In this document: positions 34,416-43,436 of the stretch, in pieces
Numbering within the stretch: position 1 is the first letter of the stretch
Layout: each line of letters opens with the position of its first letter
Assembly: GCA_963843845.1 (NCBI GenBank)
Contig: CAWJMB010000002.1
Location: 3,264,001-3,328,000 of the forward strand
Direction: 5' to 3'
From: an uncultured Gemmatimonadaceae bacterium
GTDB lineage: Bacteria; Gemmatimonadota; Gemmatimonadetes; Gemmatimonadales; Gemmatimonadaceae
DNA length: 64,000 bases
The notes under the pieces: generated by a model
Database searches by the model: none
What the model was told of the DNA's origin: nothing
The model's input: the letters and a program-made list of their open reading frames with translations, nothing else
Made by a program: the position numbers and the translations under genes

Positions 34416-35417
34416 GCGACCAGCTCGACGCCCTGCGCGCGTACGTCGGCACGCGGCCGGCCGGCCCGGTCGGCGCCGGCGCGGCGGGCACCGCGCACCG
34501 CGGCGCGGCCGCCGACGTCTGCGTCGTCGGGAGCGGCAAGGGCGGCAGCGGCACGTCGGTCGTCGCCACGCTCGTCGCGCTCGCCGCCGCGTCGCTCGGC
34601 AGGCGCGCGCTGCTCGTCGACGCCGACCCGCTCGTCGGGCCGCTCGCGCCATCTGTTAGGCACGCACGCCGGCCGCGTCGCTCGCCGACCTGCGCGGCAC
34701 GGCGTTCCGCTCGAGCGCATCGTGACGCCGGTGAGCGCGACGCTGTCGCTCGTCGCCGGCGGTCCGACGCTCGCGGGCGGAGCCGCCGCGACGAGTGTCG
34801 GCACCGTCGACGCCGCGGAACAGCGATTGTTGCTGCGGACGCCTCGGAACGCATTACCCGGCGTACGACTTGATCGTCATTGACGGCGGATCGCGGCTCG
34901 ACTCGGTGTGCGCGTGCTGCGACACCGGCGGACCGCTCCCCGCTCGACTGCTCGTCGTCGCCGGCACCGACCCGATCGCGCTCGCCGCGAGCTACGCGCT
35001 CGTGAAGGCGGTCGGACTCGCGACGGCGCAGCGCCCTGGTGGACCCGTGTCGTCGGAGGTCGTCGTGAATCGGCAGAACGAAGAAGAGGCACGGCACGGC
35101 TTCGCGCAGATCGAGAGCGCGGCGCGCGAGTTCCTCGGCGCTCACGATCCGCGCTCGCCGGGATCGCTGCCCGACGACGCCGTCGCTCGCACGCCGCGCT
35201 GCGCGCCGGGATGCCGCTGCAGGACGCCGCCGCCGGCTCCCCCGCCGCCGTCGCGACGCACACGATCGCCGAACGCCTGATCGCCTCGCTCGCCCAGCCG
35301 CCCTCGCTCGACCCGCGCTCCCGATCTCACTCGCCCCGCCCCGTGAGCAGCTCTCTCCGCGCGACCCCCCGCTCGTCCCTCCTCTCTTCGGCTCCGCTGC
35401 TCGGAGCGACGCGATGA
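34412..35417 (+). CDS. flhG: MinD-like FlhG/FleN (frameshifts)
   Basis: SDQLDALR N-terminus, SGKGGSGTS, LLVDAD, YDLIVID, SYALVK, VVVN; located between flhF and fliA. Confidence 0.82.
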
Positions 35418-36254
35418 CCCTCCCGTTCACACCCCGCCGTCCCGCCTCGACCGCCCGCACGAACGCGGCGCCGACCGCCGAGGCACGCGCCGACGCGCAG
35501 CAGGCGCTCTGGGCGCGCTTCGCCGCCGGCGACCCGGTCGCCCGCGATCGGCTGCTCACCGAGCACCTCGGCCTCGTGCACCACGTCGCGCGGCAGATGT
35601 CGCGCACGCTCGCCGTGAAGGCGGACTTCGACGAGCTGGTGAGCGCCGGGACGATGGGACTGATGGCCGCGCTCGAGTCGTTCGACGCGTCGCGCGGACT
35701 CGCGTTCAGCACGTTCGCCGCGCCGCGCATCCGCGGCTCGATCCTCGACGAGCTGCGCCGCCAGGACCACGTGCCGCGCTCGATCCGCCGCAAGTCGCGC
35801 GAGATCGCCGCGGCGCGCGAGTCGCTGATGCGCGTGCTCGGCCGCGCGCCGGAGGACAAGGAAGTCGCCGAGCACCTCGGCGTCGACCTCGACACGCTGT
35901 GGCGCTGGCAGGGCGACATCGAGGGCGCGCACCACGTCCCGATCGACCGCGCGCCGGGCGACCGCGAGGCGCAGGCGCCGACGCCGCTCGACCTGCTCTC
36001 CGCCGACGAGGAAGGCGGCGGGGTCGAGGAGCGCGTGAACCACGAGCAGGAGGTCGCGATCCTGCGCGAGGCGATCACTGCGGCTCAAGGAGCAGGAGCG
36101 CGTCGTGCTGTCGCTCTACTACTTCGAGGAGCTCAAGCTGCACGAGATCGCGACGGTGCTCGAGCTCACCGAGTCGCGCGTGTCGCAGATCCGCTCGAAG
36201 GCGTTAGGCAAGCTGCGCGGCGAGCTGAAGCCGCTGCGCGAGCGGGTCGCGTGA
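35414..36254 (+). CDS. fliA: RNA polymerase sigma-28 factor FliA (frameshift near 36077)
   Basis: DELVSAG..GL, FSTFAAPRIRGSILDELR; shifted-frame region 4 LYYFEELKLHEIA..LELTESRVSQI. Confidence 0.94.
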
Positions 36255-36781
36255 TCGCGGAGCGCGTGATCGCGGAGCGCGTGATCGCGGGGCGCGTGAT
36301 CGCGGCACGCGCGACGCGGCTCGATTCGCCGACGGCGCGCGCGCTGCTCGGCGCGTCGGCGGCGATGACGGTCGGGCTCGCGATCGGCGGGCTCGCCCGC
36401 GCGGCGCGCGCCGGCGGGGGCACGCCAGCGGACGGCGTCGGAGCGCTCGTGGCACGCAGCGCGCCGGCGCAGCTCGCCGCCGCGCTCGTGTCGGCGGCCA
36501 CGTCGCTGTCGCACCGGTATGCGACACGGCAGACGATCGCGGTCGCGCTGCTCGCCCTCGTGATCGTCGTCGCGCTCGGCGCGGCGCTGCGCGCGGTGAC
36601 GCTCTGGAGGCGCGAGCGGCGAACGTCGCCGCGTCCGACGATGCGTTTCACGCTGCGGCGCTGGGTGTCGGCCGGTTCGGGCGAGCTGCTGGTCGCGAGC
36701 GAGGCGCATCCGGCGGACGTCGCGCGGCGCACGGGGCTGTCGCGAGACGCGATCGCGCTGGCGGCGCACCTGCGAGGCTGA
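36251..36781 (+). CDS. Hypothetical membrane protein downstream of fliA
   Basis: GTGA overlap with the fliA stop; begins with a 15-bp repeat x4 (VIAER); two hydrophobic segments; HTH-like end ADVARRTGLSRDAI. Confidence 0.6.
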   Translation: MIAERVIAERVIAGRVIAARATRLDSPTARALLGASAAMTVGLAIGGLARAARAGGGTPADGVGALVARSAPAQLAAALVSAATSLSHRYATRQTIAVALLALVIVVALGAALRAVTLWRRERRTSPRPTMRFTLRRWVSAGSGELLVASEAHPADVARRTGLSRDAIALAAHLRG

Positions 36782-36811
36782 CCCCTAGCCGGCGTCGTCA
36801 CGCGCCGCAGG

Positions 36812-39265
36812 TCATGAGCGGCGCAGCAACGCCGCCGCGTCGACGGCGGCCGCGCGGCGCGCCGGCACCCACGCCGCGAGCACCGTCGCGCCGAGCAGCG
36901 TCGCGGCGACGGCGAGGAACGGGAGCGGCGTGAATGGCGACGCGCCGTTCATCACTCTGCCCAACGCCGCGCCGACGCCCGCCGCGAGCGCCACGCCGAT
37001 CGCGACGCCCGTCCCCGCCAGCCGCCCCGCGTCGCCGAGCACGAGCCGCATCACGTCCGCCCGCGACGCGCCTAACGCGTATCGGACGCCGAACTCGCGC
37101 CGCCGCGCGGAGACGAGATACGACACGATCGCGTAGACGCCGGCGAGTGCGAGGGCGAACGCGACCCCGGCGAGCGCGCCGACTCCCACCGCCGTGGATC
37201 GCATCGGACGCATCGCGGCGTCGAGCAGCGTGTCCGACGTCGTGATCGTCGGCGGCGGCAGCGTCGGGTCCGCGTCCTGGACCGCGCGGCGCATCGCATC
37301 GCGCAGCGCCGCAGCGTTGTCGGCGGTGCCGCGCGCGTAGACGGCGACGCGCCCGCCGACGCTCCGCCCCGGCACGAACACCGTCGGCTCGACGTCGCCG
37401 TCGACGCGCATGCGCACGTCGCCGACGACGGCCGCGACCGTCCACGCCCGCGCGTCTCGGCCGTCGCCCAGCCGCAGCGTGCGGCCGACCGCCCGGACGC
37501 CCGGCCACAGGGAGCGCGCGAGCGTCTGCGTGACGGCGACACCGTCGCTCCCGGGAGCGACGGCGCCGTCGCGCACGTCCATCCCCGAGGCGCGAAAGAA
37601 GTCGCCGGCGACCGCGACGCGCTTCACCCACGCCGCGCGACCGACGCCGGCATCACCGACGCCGCCGGCGCTCGCGCGCTCGTCGGGCGCCGACTCGAGC
37701 GGCACGAGCGACGCGGCGCCGGCCGCGGCGACGCCGGGAAGTCCGCCGACGCGCTCGAGCACACGCTGCTCGATCGCCGCGGCCCGCGCCGCGCCGTAGC
37801 CGGCCGCGTCGAAATCGAGCACCGTCATCGCGACGCCCCGCTCCGCGAAGCCGAGCGCCGCGCGACGCCGGGCGCGCACGCCGGCGAGGAGGAGCACGCA
37901 CGTGACGAGCAGCACGACCGACGCGGCGACCTGCCCGACGACGAGCGCCCGCCGCAGTCGCGGTCGCGTCGCCCCCGCCGGCGACTCGTCCTTCAACGCC
38001 GTCACGAGCTCCGGCCGCGTCGCGCGCCACGCCGGCGCGAGACCGACGCCGACCGTCGCGAGCAGCACGGCGCCCGTCGTGAACGCGAGGAGTCGTCCGT
38101 CGACCACCCCGCCGGCCGGGAGCGCGACCCCCGCGATTCGCAGGACGTGCGGCATCCCGAGCGTGAGCAGCAGCGCCCCGACACCGCCGAACGCGGCGAG
38201 CAGCGCCGACTCCGTGAGCAGTTGCCGCAGCAACCGTCCGCGCGACGCCCCGAGCGCGATCCGCGTCGCGACTTCGCCGGACCGCTGCGCGGCGCGCGCC
38301 AACTGCAGACTCGCGAGGTTCGCGCACGCGGTGGCGAGCACGACGAGCGGCACGGCGAGCGCGAGCCCGAACGCCGCGAGGAGCGTCGCGTTCGTGTCGT
38401 TCGGCCCGCGCCCGAGCGCCGTCACCCGGATCGTCGTCGCCGCCCGGTCGCGCGGCAGTCGCTCGGCGAGCGCGCGGGCGGCGGCGGCCAGGCGCGCGTC
38501 GCGCTGCGCGTCGGTCAGCCCGGGGCGTACGCGCGCGACGACCCGTACGACGGTCGACTCGGTGCGCGTCGCGACGTTAGGCAGCAGCGCGGGGAGCATC
38601 GCCGCCGGAAGCCACACGTCCGGCCCCGACGGTCCGCGCCCGCGCAGCACGTCCGGCGCGCGCGCGCCGTGAAAGCCCGCCGCGGCGACGCCGACCACCG
38701 TGAGCGGCTGCCCGTTCACGACGATCCGGGTGCCTAACGCGTCCGGTCGGCCGCCGAGCCGCGCGGCCCAGAAGGCGTGGCTCACGACCGCGACCGGCGA
38801 CGGGGCTCGCCCTCGCTCGTCGACCGCGAAGAAGCGTCCCAGCGCCGGCCGCGAGCCGAGCACCGCGAAGTAATCGTCGGCGACCAGCTCGGCCGACGCG
38901 GTGTGGACGTCGCCGGTCGCGGCGTCGCGGAACGAGACGCCCGTCGTCGTCGACGCCGTGAGCGTCGCGACGCCAGCCACGCGCTCGCGAAGCTCGCGAT
39001 ACTCGCCGAGCGTCACGGGGTCGGGGACCGTGGCCGACTCCGCGCGGTGCGCGAGGTGCAGGGAGCGAAGCGTCGGGGCGTCGGCGACGCCGGGCACCGG
39101 TCGCAGCGCGATCGCCGCGATCGCCCCGAACGCCGCGGTGTTCACGCCGATACCGACCGCCAGACAGCTGATCGCGACGGCGGTGAACGCGGGCGCGCGC
39201 CGCAGGTGGCGGACGGCGTAGCGAACATCCTGGTGCAGCGCGCCGACTACGACACTCGCGTGCAT
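36812..39265 (-). CDS. ADOP-type duplicated MacB/FtsX ABC permease
   Basis: QDVRYAVRHLRRAPAF, ACANLASLQLAR, RIALGA, RRREFGVRYALGA, PARRAA. Confidence 0.92.
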   Translation of the reverse strand: MHASVVVGALHQDVRYAVRHLRRAPAFTAVAISCLAVGIGVNTAAFGAIAAIALRPVPGVADAPTLRSLHLAHRAESATVPDPVTLGEYRELRERVAGVATLTASTTTGVSFRDAATGDVHTASAELVADDYFAVLGSRPALGRFFAVDERGRAPSPVAVVSHAFWAARLGGRPDALGTRIVVNGQPLTVVGVAAAGFHGARAPDVLRGRGPSGPDVWLPAAMLPALLPNVATRTESTVVRVVARVRPGLTDAQRDARLAAAARALAERLPRDRAATTIRVTALGRGPNDTNATLLAAFGLALAVPLVVLATACANLASLQLARAAQRSGEVATRIALGASRGRLLRQLLTESALLAAFGGVGALLLTLGMPHVLRIAGVALPAGGVVDGRLLAFTTGAVLLATVGVGLAPAWRATRPELVTALKDESPAGATRPRLRRALVVGQVAASVVLLVTCVLLLAGVRARRRAALGFAERGVAMTVLDFDAAGYGAARAAAIEQRVLERVGGLPGVAAAGAASLVPLESAPDERASAGGVGDAGVGRAAWVKRVAVAGDFFRASGMDVRDGAVAPGSDGVAVTQTLARSLWPGVRAVGRTLRLGDGRDARAWTVAAVVGDVRMRVDGDVEPTVFVPGRSVGGRVAVYARGTADNAAALRDAMRRAVQDADPTLPPPTITTSDTLLDAAMRPMRSTAVGVGALAGVAFALALAGVYAIVSYLVSARRREFGVRYALGASRADVMRLVLGDAGRLAGTGVAIGVALAAGVGAALGRVMNGASPFTPLPFLAVAATLLGATVLAAWVPARRAAAVDAAALLRRS

Positions 39266-39328
39266 GAAGACCTCGGCTCGTTCCGTTGGCGGCTCCGTAC
39301 GGCAGCGAGTTCCAAAAGGATTCCGCGA

Positions 39329-40504
39329 CTATCTCATGACCGACTCGAGGAACGCGACGACGAGGCGCAGCGCCGCCTGCGCCGCCGCCCCGCCCTCCGC
39401 GAAGTCGAACCCGTGCTCGGCGAACGGCAACTCCACGTGGACGACGTCGTTGCCCGCCCGGCGCAGCGCCGCCGCCGCGTCGCGCCCGAACTCGGGCTTC
39501 ACGACGTGATCGCCGCCGGCGTAGACGAGCAGCGTCGGCGGCAGCCCCGCGCGCACGAACGACGACGGCGAGGCGTCGCGGTAGACGGCCGGGACGGCGT
39601 CAGGCGCGCCGCCGGTGAGCGCGCGCAGAGCGGCACGCGCGTCGATCGGATCGGGGCGCGGCAGGTCCGTGTAGCCGCGCACGAGATCGTACGGGCTGTA
39701 GAACGAGATGACGCCGCGAACGCGAACGCCTGACGCGCCGTCGCTCGGGTGCCACGCCGCGAGCGTCGCGAGATGGCCGCCCGACGAGCGCCCCCAGAGC
39801 ACGACGCGTGTCGTGTCGATCCCCCACGCCGCCGACGAGTCGGCGAGCAGCGCGAGTCCCCCCCGCACGTCGAGCCATTGCGCCGGATGCCGCGCCGCCG
39901 GCGCGTGCCGGTAGTCGAGCGCGACGACCGTGTAGCCGAGCCCCGCGATCCAGCGGTTCGTCGCGGCGAACTGCGTCGCGACGCCGCGCTGCCACGCGCC
40001 GCCGTAGATCACCACGACCGCCGGACACGCGGCGGCGCAGCGCGCGGGAACGCGGAACAGCCGCCCCGTGAGCGGCGATCCGTCGGCCGCCGAGTAGCGC
40101 ACGGCGCGCTCGACGAGACCGGTCGGTGCCGGCGGTCCGGTGAGCGGGCCGGTCACCGCGTTCGGCAACGCCGCACTCCCGCGCGCCGCTCCGCCGCGCG
40201 CCGTCGCGCCGAGCGCCGTGGCGGCGCGCTCTGCCGGCCGACGCGCCGCGAGCGCCGGCATCACGGCGAGCAGCGCGGTGCCGAACGCGACTGCGACGAG
40301 CCAGCGACGCCGTCCACGCGTGACGACCATCGCGAGCGCGGCGAGCAGCGGCGCCGCGAGCGCGATCGCCGGGCCGAGCGCGGCGAGCGCGATGCGGGCA
40401 GCGAGCAGCGCGTACGTCCACGGCGGCACGACGAGCGGCACGAGCGCCGCGCCGAGCGGCACGACGACCAGCCAGGTCGAGATCATGTGGCGGGCGCGGG
40501 TCAC
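39329..40504 (-). CDS. Membrane-anchored alpha/beta hydrolase (esterase/lipase)
   Basis: Three N-terminal TM segments; YGGAW, DYR, GRSSGG nucleophile elbow, D..V, HGFD. Confidence 0.9.
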   Translation of the reverse strand: MTRARHMISTWLVVVPLGAALVPLVVPPWTYALLAARIALAALGPAIALAAPLLAALAMVVTRGRRRWLVAVAFGTALLAVMPALAARRPAERAATALGATARGGAARGSAALPNAVTGPLTGPPAPTGLVERAVRYSAADGSPLTGRLFRVPARCAAACPAVVVIYGGAWQRGVATQFAATNRWIAGLGYTVVALDYRHAPAARHPAQWLDVRGGLALLADSSAAWGIDTTRVVLWGRSSGGHLATLAAWHPSDGASGVRVRGVISFYSPYDLVRGYTDLPRPDPIDARAALRALTGGAPDAVPAVYRDASPSSFVRAGLPPTLLVYAGGDHVVKPEFGRDAAAALRRAGNDVVHVELPFAEHGFDFAEGGAAAQAALRLVVAFLESVMR

Positions 40505-40505
40505 G

Positions 40506-40642
40506 CGGCAACTCTCGCCGTTCCGGCAAGAAATGCCGCGCCCGTCGAACGACGGCTTCGTCGCATGGAGTTCTGTAAGTGATTGAAGTGAAACTACTTA
40601 ATCGGACACGACCGGGATCGCCGGGGACGGTCCGCGCGTTGC
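40506..40642 (+). promoter_or_regulatory. Sigma-54 promoter module of flgF operon
   Basis: Palindromes 40506-40520 and 40524-40538; 25-bp element 40576-40600; CGGTCCGCGCGTTGC at 40628-40642. Confidence 0.8.
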
Positions 40643-40693
40643 CTTCTGGGTGGCGCGCGGATCACACGAGCCGCTCCCTTCCCCGCCCACGAC

Positions 40694-41388
40694 ATGCCCA
40701 CCGGACTCTCCGCCGCCGCGAGCGCGCTCCGCTACTGGGAGCGCCGCCAGGAGATCGCGTCGAACAATCTCGCGAACGTCTCGACCGACGGCTTCAAGGG
40801 CGAGCGCGCGTTCGCCCGGATGCTCGGCGACGCGCTGCCCGTGGCGCAGAGCGCGACCGACCTGCGCGCCGGCGCGCTGCGCGAGACGCGGTCACCGCTC
40901 GACGTCGCGGTCGTCGGCGATGCGTTCCTCGTCGTCGACACGCCGAACGGCGAGCGCTTCACGCGCGGCGGCACGCTGCAGCTCGACGCCGAACCGCCGC
41001 CTCGTCGACGGCAGCGGGCATCCGGTGCTCGGCCGGCTCGGCGAGATCACGATGCCGCAGCGGCGCGTCGATCTCGATCACGACGAGCGGCGCGATCACC
41101 GTCGACGGGAAGTCGGTCGGCACGCTGCGCCTCGAGCAGGCGGGCCCGAACGCGGCGCTCGCGCACGAAGGGGGCACGCTCTTCGTCCCCGACGCCGGCC
41201 GCCACGCGGTCGCCGACCCCGCGCGCCACGTGCGCCAGGGCTTCGTCGAGGAGAGCAACGTGAACGCCGTCTCGTCGATGGTCGACATGATCGCCGTGCA
41301 GCGCGCGTACGCCTCCGTGCAGAAGGCGATCACGACGATCGACGCGGTGCGCGGCACGGCCGCGAGCGAACTCGGCAAGCCCGTCTGA
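40694..41388 (+). CDS. flgF: Flagellar rod protein FlgF (frameshifts near 40990-41060)
   Basis: IASNNLANVSTDGFK, PLDVAV.GD, FTRGG, QGFVEESNVN. Confidence 0.9.
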
Positions 41389-41473
41389 CCGCCGGGGATC
41401 GGGGAGCGGGGATCGCGACTGCCATCCCGCCCCGACCCCCGATCCTCGATCCTCGATCCTCGCACTTCTCGTC

Positions 41474-42263
41474 ATGGACCCCGCCCTCCGCGCCGCCGCC
41501 AGCGGCATGATCGCGCAGCAGCTCCGCACCGAAGTCATCGCGAACAACCTCGCGAACGTGAACACGACCGGCTTCAAGCGCAGCCGCGCGAACTTCGAGG
41601 ACCTGCTCTATCAGACCGTGCAGGGCGCCGCCGTCATCGGACAGGCCGAGAGCCAGACGGCGCCCGCGATCCAGGTCGGGCGCGGCACGCGGCTCGCCGG
41701 CGTGCAGCGCATGCACGGGCAGGGCGCGCTCGAGACGACGAACCGCCCGCTCGACGTCGCGATCGAGGGCGAGGGCTTCTTCCAGGTCCAGGCGGCCGGC
41801 GGGCAGCTCGCCTACACGCGCGACGGCACCTTCCAGATCTCCGACCAGGGCGTGCTCGTCACGTCGCAGGGCTACGCGCTGCATCCCGAGCATCAAGGTC
41901 CCGAGCGACGCGACCGGCGTCACGATCTCCGCGGCGGGGATCGTCAGCGCGACCAGAGGCGCGTCGGCCACGCCGGAGGAGATCGGCCGCCTCGAGCTCG
42001 CGCGCTTCGCCAATCCCGCGGGGCTCCAGTCGCAGGGCGAGAACCTCTACGTCGCGACCGCGGCCTCCGGCGAGGCGGTGACCGGCTATCCGCAGGACGA
42101 AGGGATGGGCCGCATGGTGCAGGGCGCGCTCGAGGCGAGCAACGTCGAGATCGTGCAGGAGATGGTCGACATGATCACCGCCATGCGCGCGTACGAGATC
42201 AACTCGAAGGCGATCAAGAACAGCGAAGAGATGCTGGAGATCGCGAACAACCTGGTGCGATGA
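41474..42263 (+). CDS. flgG: Flagellar distal rod protein FlgG (frameshift near 41890)
   Basis: IANNLANVNTTGFK, FEDLLYQ, YTRDG, LEASNVEIVQEMVDMITAMRAYEINSK. Confidence 0.96.
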
Positions 42264-42759
42264 CCGGTCGCTTCGCTCAGGGCGCCACGCGCCTGACGAT
42301 CGTCCGCGCGGTCGCCGCCGTCACCGCGTTCGCCGCCCTCGTCGCGTTCGCCGCACCCGCCGCGCCGCTCGTCGCGCAGCCGGGTGCGTCGACGTGCGTG
42401 CCGGTGGCGGCGCGTCCGATCCAGCGCGGACAGACACTCGCCGCCGACGACATCGCACCGCGCGGCGCGACCGCCTGCACGTCGCGCACGTCGCTCGTCG
42501 GCTTGTCGCACGCGCCGCATGATCGCCGCCGGCGAGCCGCTGCGCGAGCCGGCCGTCGCCGCGCCCGACGCGATCGTCGCGGGCCAGCCGGTCGCCGTCG
42601 TCTGGCGCGACGCGAACGTCGAGCTGCGGCTCGCCGGCACCGCGCCACCGCCGCCCCGCTCGGCGCGCGCGTCACCGTCCGCGTCGCCGACACACGCGCC
42701 CGCACGGCCGCCGCCTCGAAGGCGTCGCCGTCGCGCCGGGCGTCGTGCTCGTCCGCTGA
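42260..42759 (+). CDS. flgA: P-ring chaperone FlgA-like protein (SAF domain; frameshifts)
   Basis: Signal peptide; VPVAARPIQRGQTL, IAAGEPL, IVAGQPVAV; follows flgG. Confidence 0.75.
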
Positions 42760-42797
42760 CGCGTCATTCGTTGAACCCGCATCGTGCCGACGCCTCC

Positions 42798-43436
42798 ATG
42801 CCCACGCGCTCGCTGCTCGCCGCTCGTCCATCGCCGCTCCCGCTCGCACTCACGGCGCAGGCGCGCCGCGCGCCCGCGCCGGCGCCTGACGCGCAGCGCG
42901 CCTGCCGCGCGACCCGAGCCTGCCGCTGCGCTGGACCTCCGACCGCCGCGACTTCGCTGGTCGGCGACATCATCACCGTGCTCATCGACGACTACACGAT
43001 CACGAGCGCCGTGAAGGACGACCTCGCGTCGCAGCAGCGGCAGAAGGACCTGAGCCTCGGCGCCGACGTCGCGCCGCCGACGGGGCCGAGCACGACGGTG
43101 AAGGCGAAGATCGGCAGCCGGAACAGCGGCGACTCGCAGGACCGCGGCGAGGCGCGCCGCGAGAACCGCTTCCAGAGCGAGATGAGCGTGCGCGTCGTCG
43201 CGGTCGGCGCCGAACGGCCTCGTGCAGGTCAAGGGAACGCGCAGCGTGACGTCGACAAGGGCAAGCAGAACGTCGACGCTCACCGGCTGGGTGCGCGCGC
43301 AGGACGTCTCCACCGCGAACGTCGTCGAGTCGTCGCGCCTCGCCGACGCGCAGCTCGACCTACGTCTCGCCGGGCCCGCTCGGCAAGCCGAAGCAGGGGC
43401 ATGGTCGGACGCATCGTCAGCATGGTGTGGCCGTGA
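42798..43436 (+). CDS. flgH: L-ring protein FlgH (frameshifts)
   Basis: VGDIITVLIDD, SVRVVAV..NG.VQVKG, LTGWVRAQDVSTANVVESSRLADA. Confidence 0.85.
   Translation: MPTRSLLAARPSPLPLALTAQARRAPAPAPDAQRACRATRACRCAGPPTAATSLVGDIITVLIDDYTITSAVKDDLASQQRQKDLSLGADVAPPTGPSTTVKAKIGSRNSGDSQDRGEARRENRFQSEMSVRVVAVGAERPRAGQGNAQRDVDKGKQNVDAHRLGARAGRLHRERRRVVAPRRRAARPTSRRARSASRSRGMVGRIVSMVWP

Noticed and set aside
32122..34873. Long chimeric ORFs suggesting FlhA-FlhF-FlhG fusions
   Set aside because: Produced by multiple frameshifts; each gene has its own start and stop overlaps (33564/33574 and 34412/34415).
35414..36781. 455-aa FliA fused to a membrane domain, as given in the ORF track
   Set aside because: Sigma region 4 is in another frame ending at 36254, so the fusion results from a frameshift near 36077.
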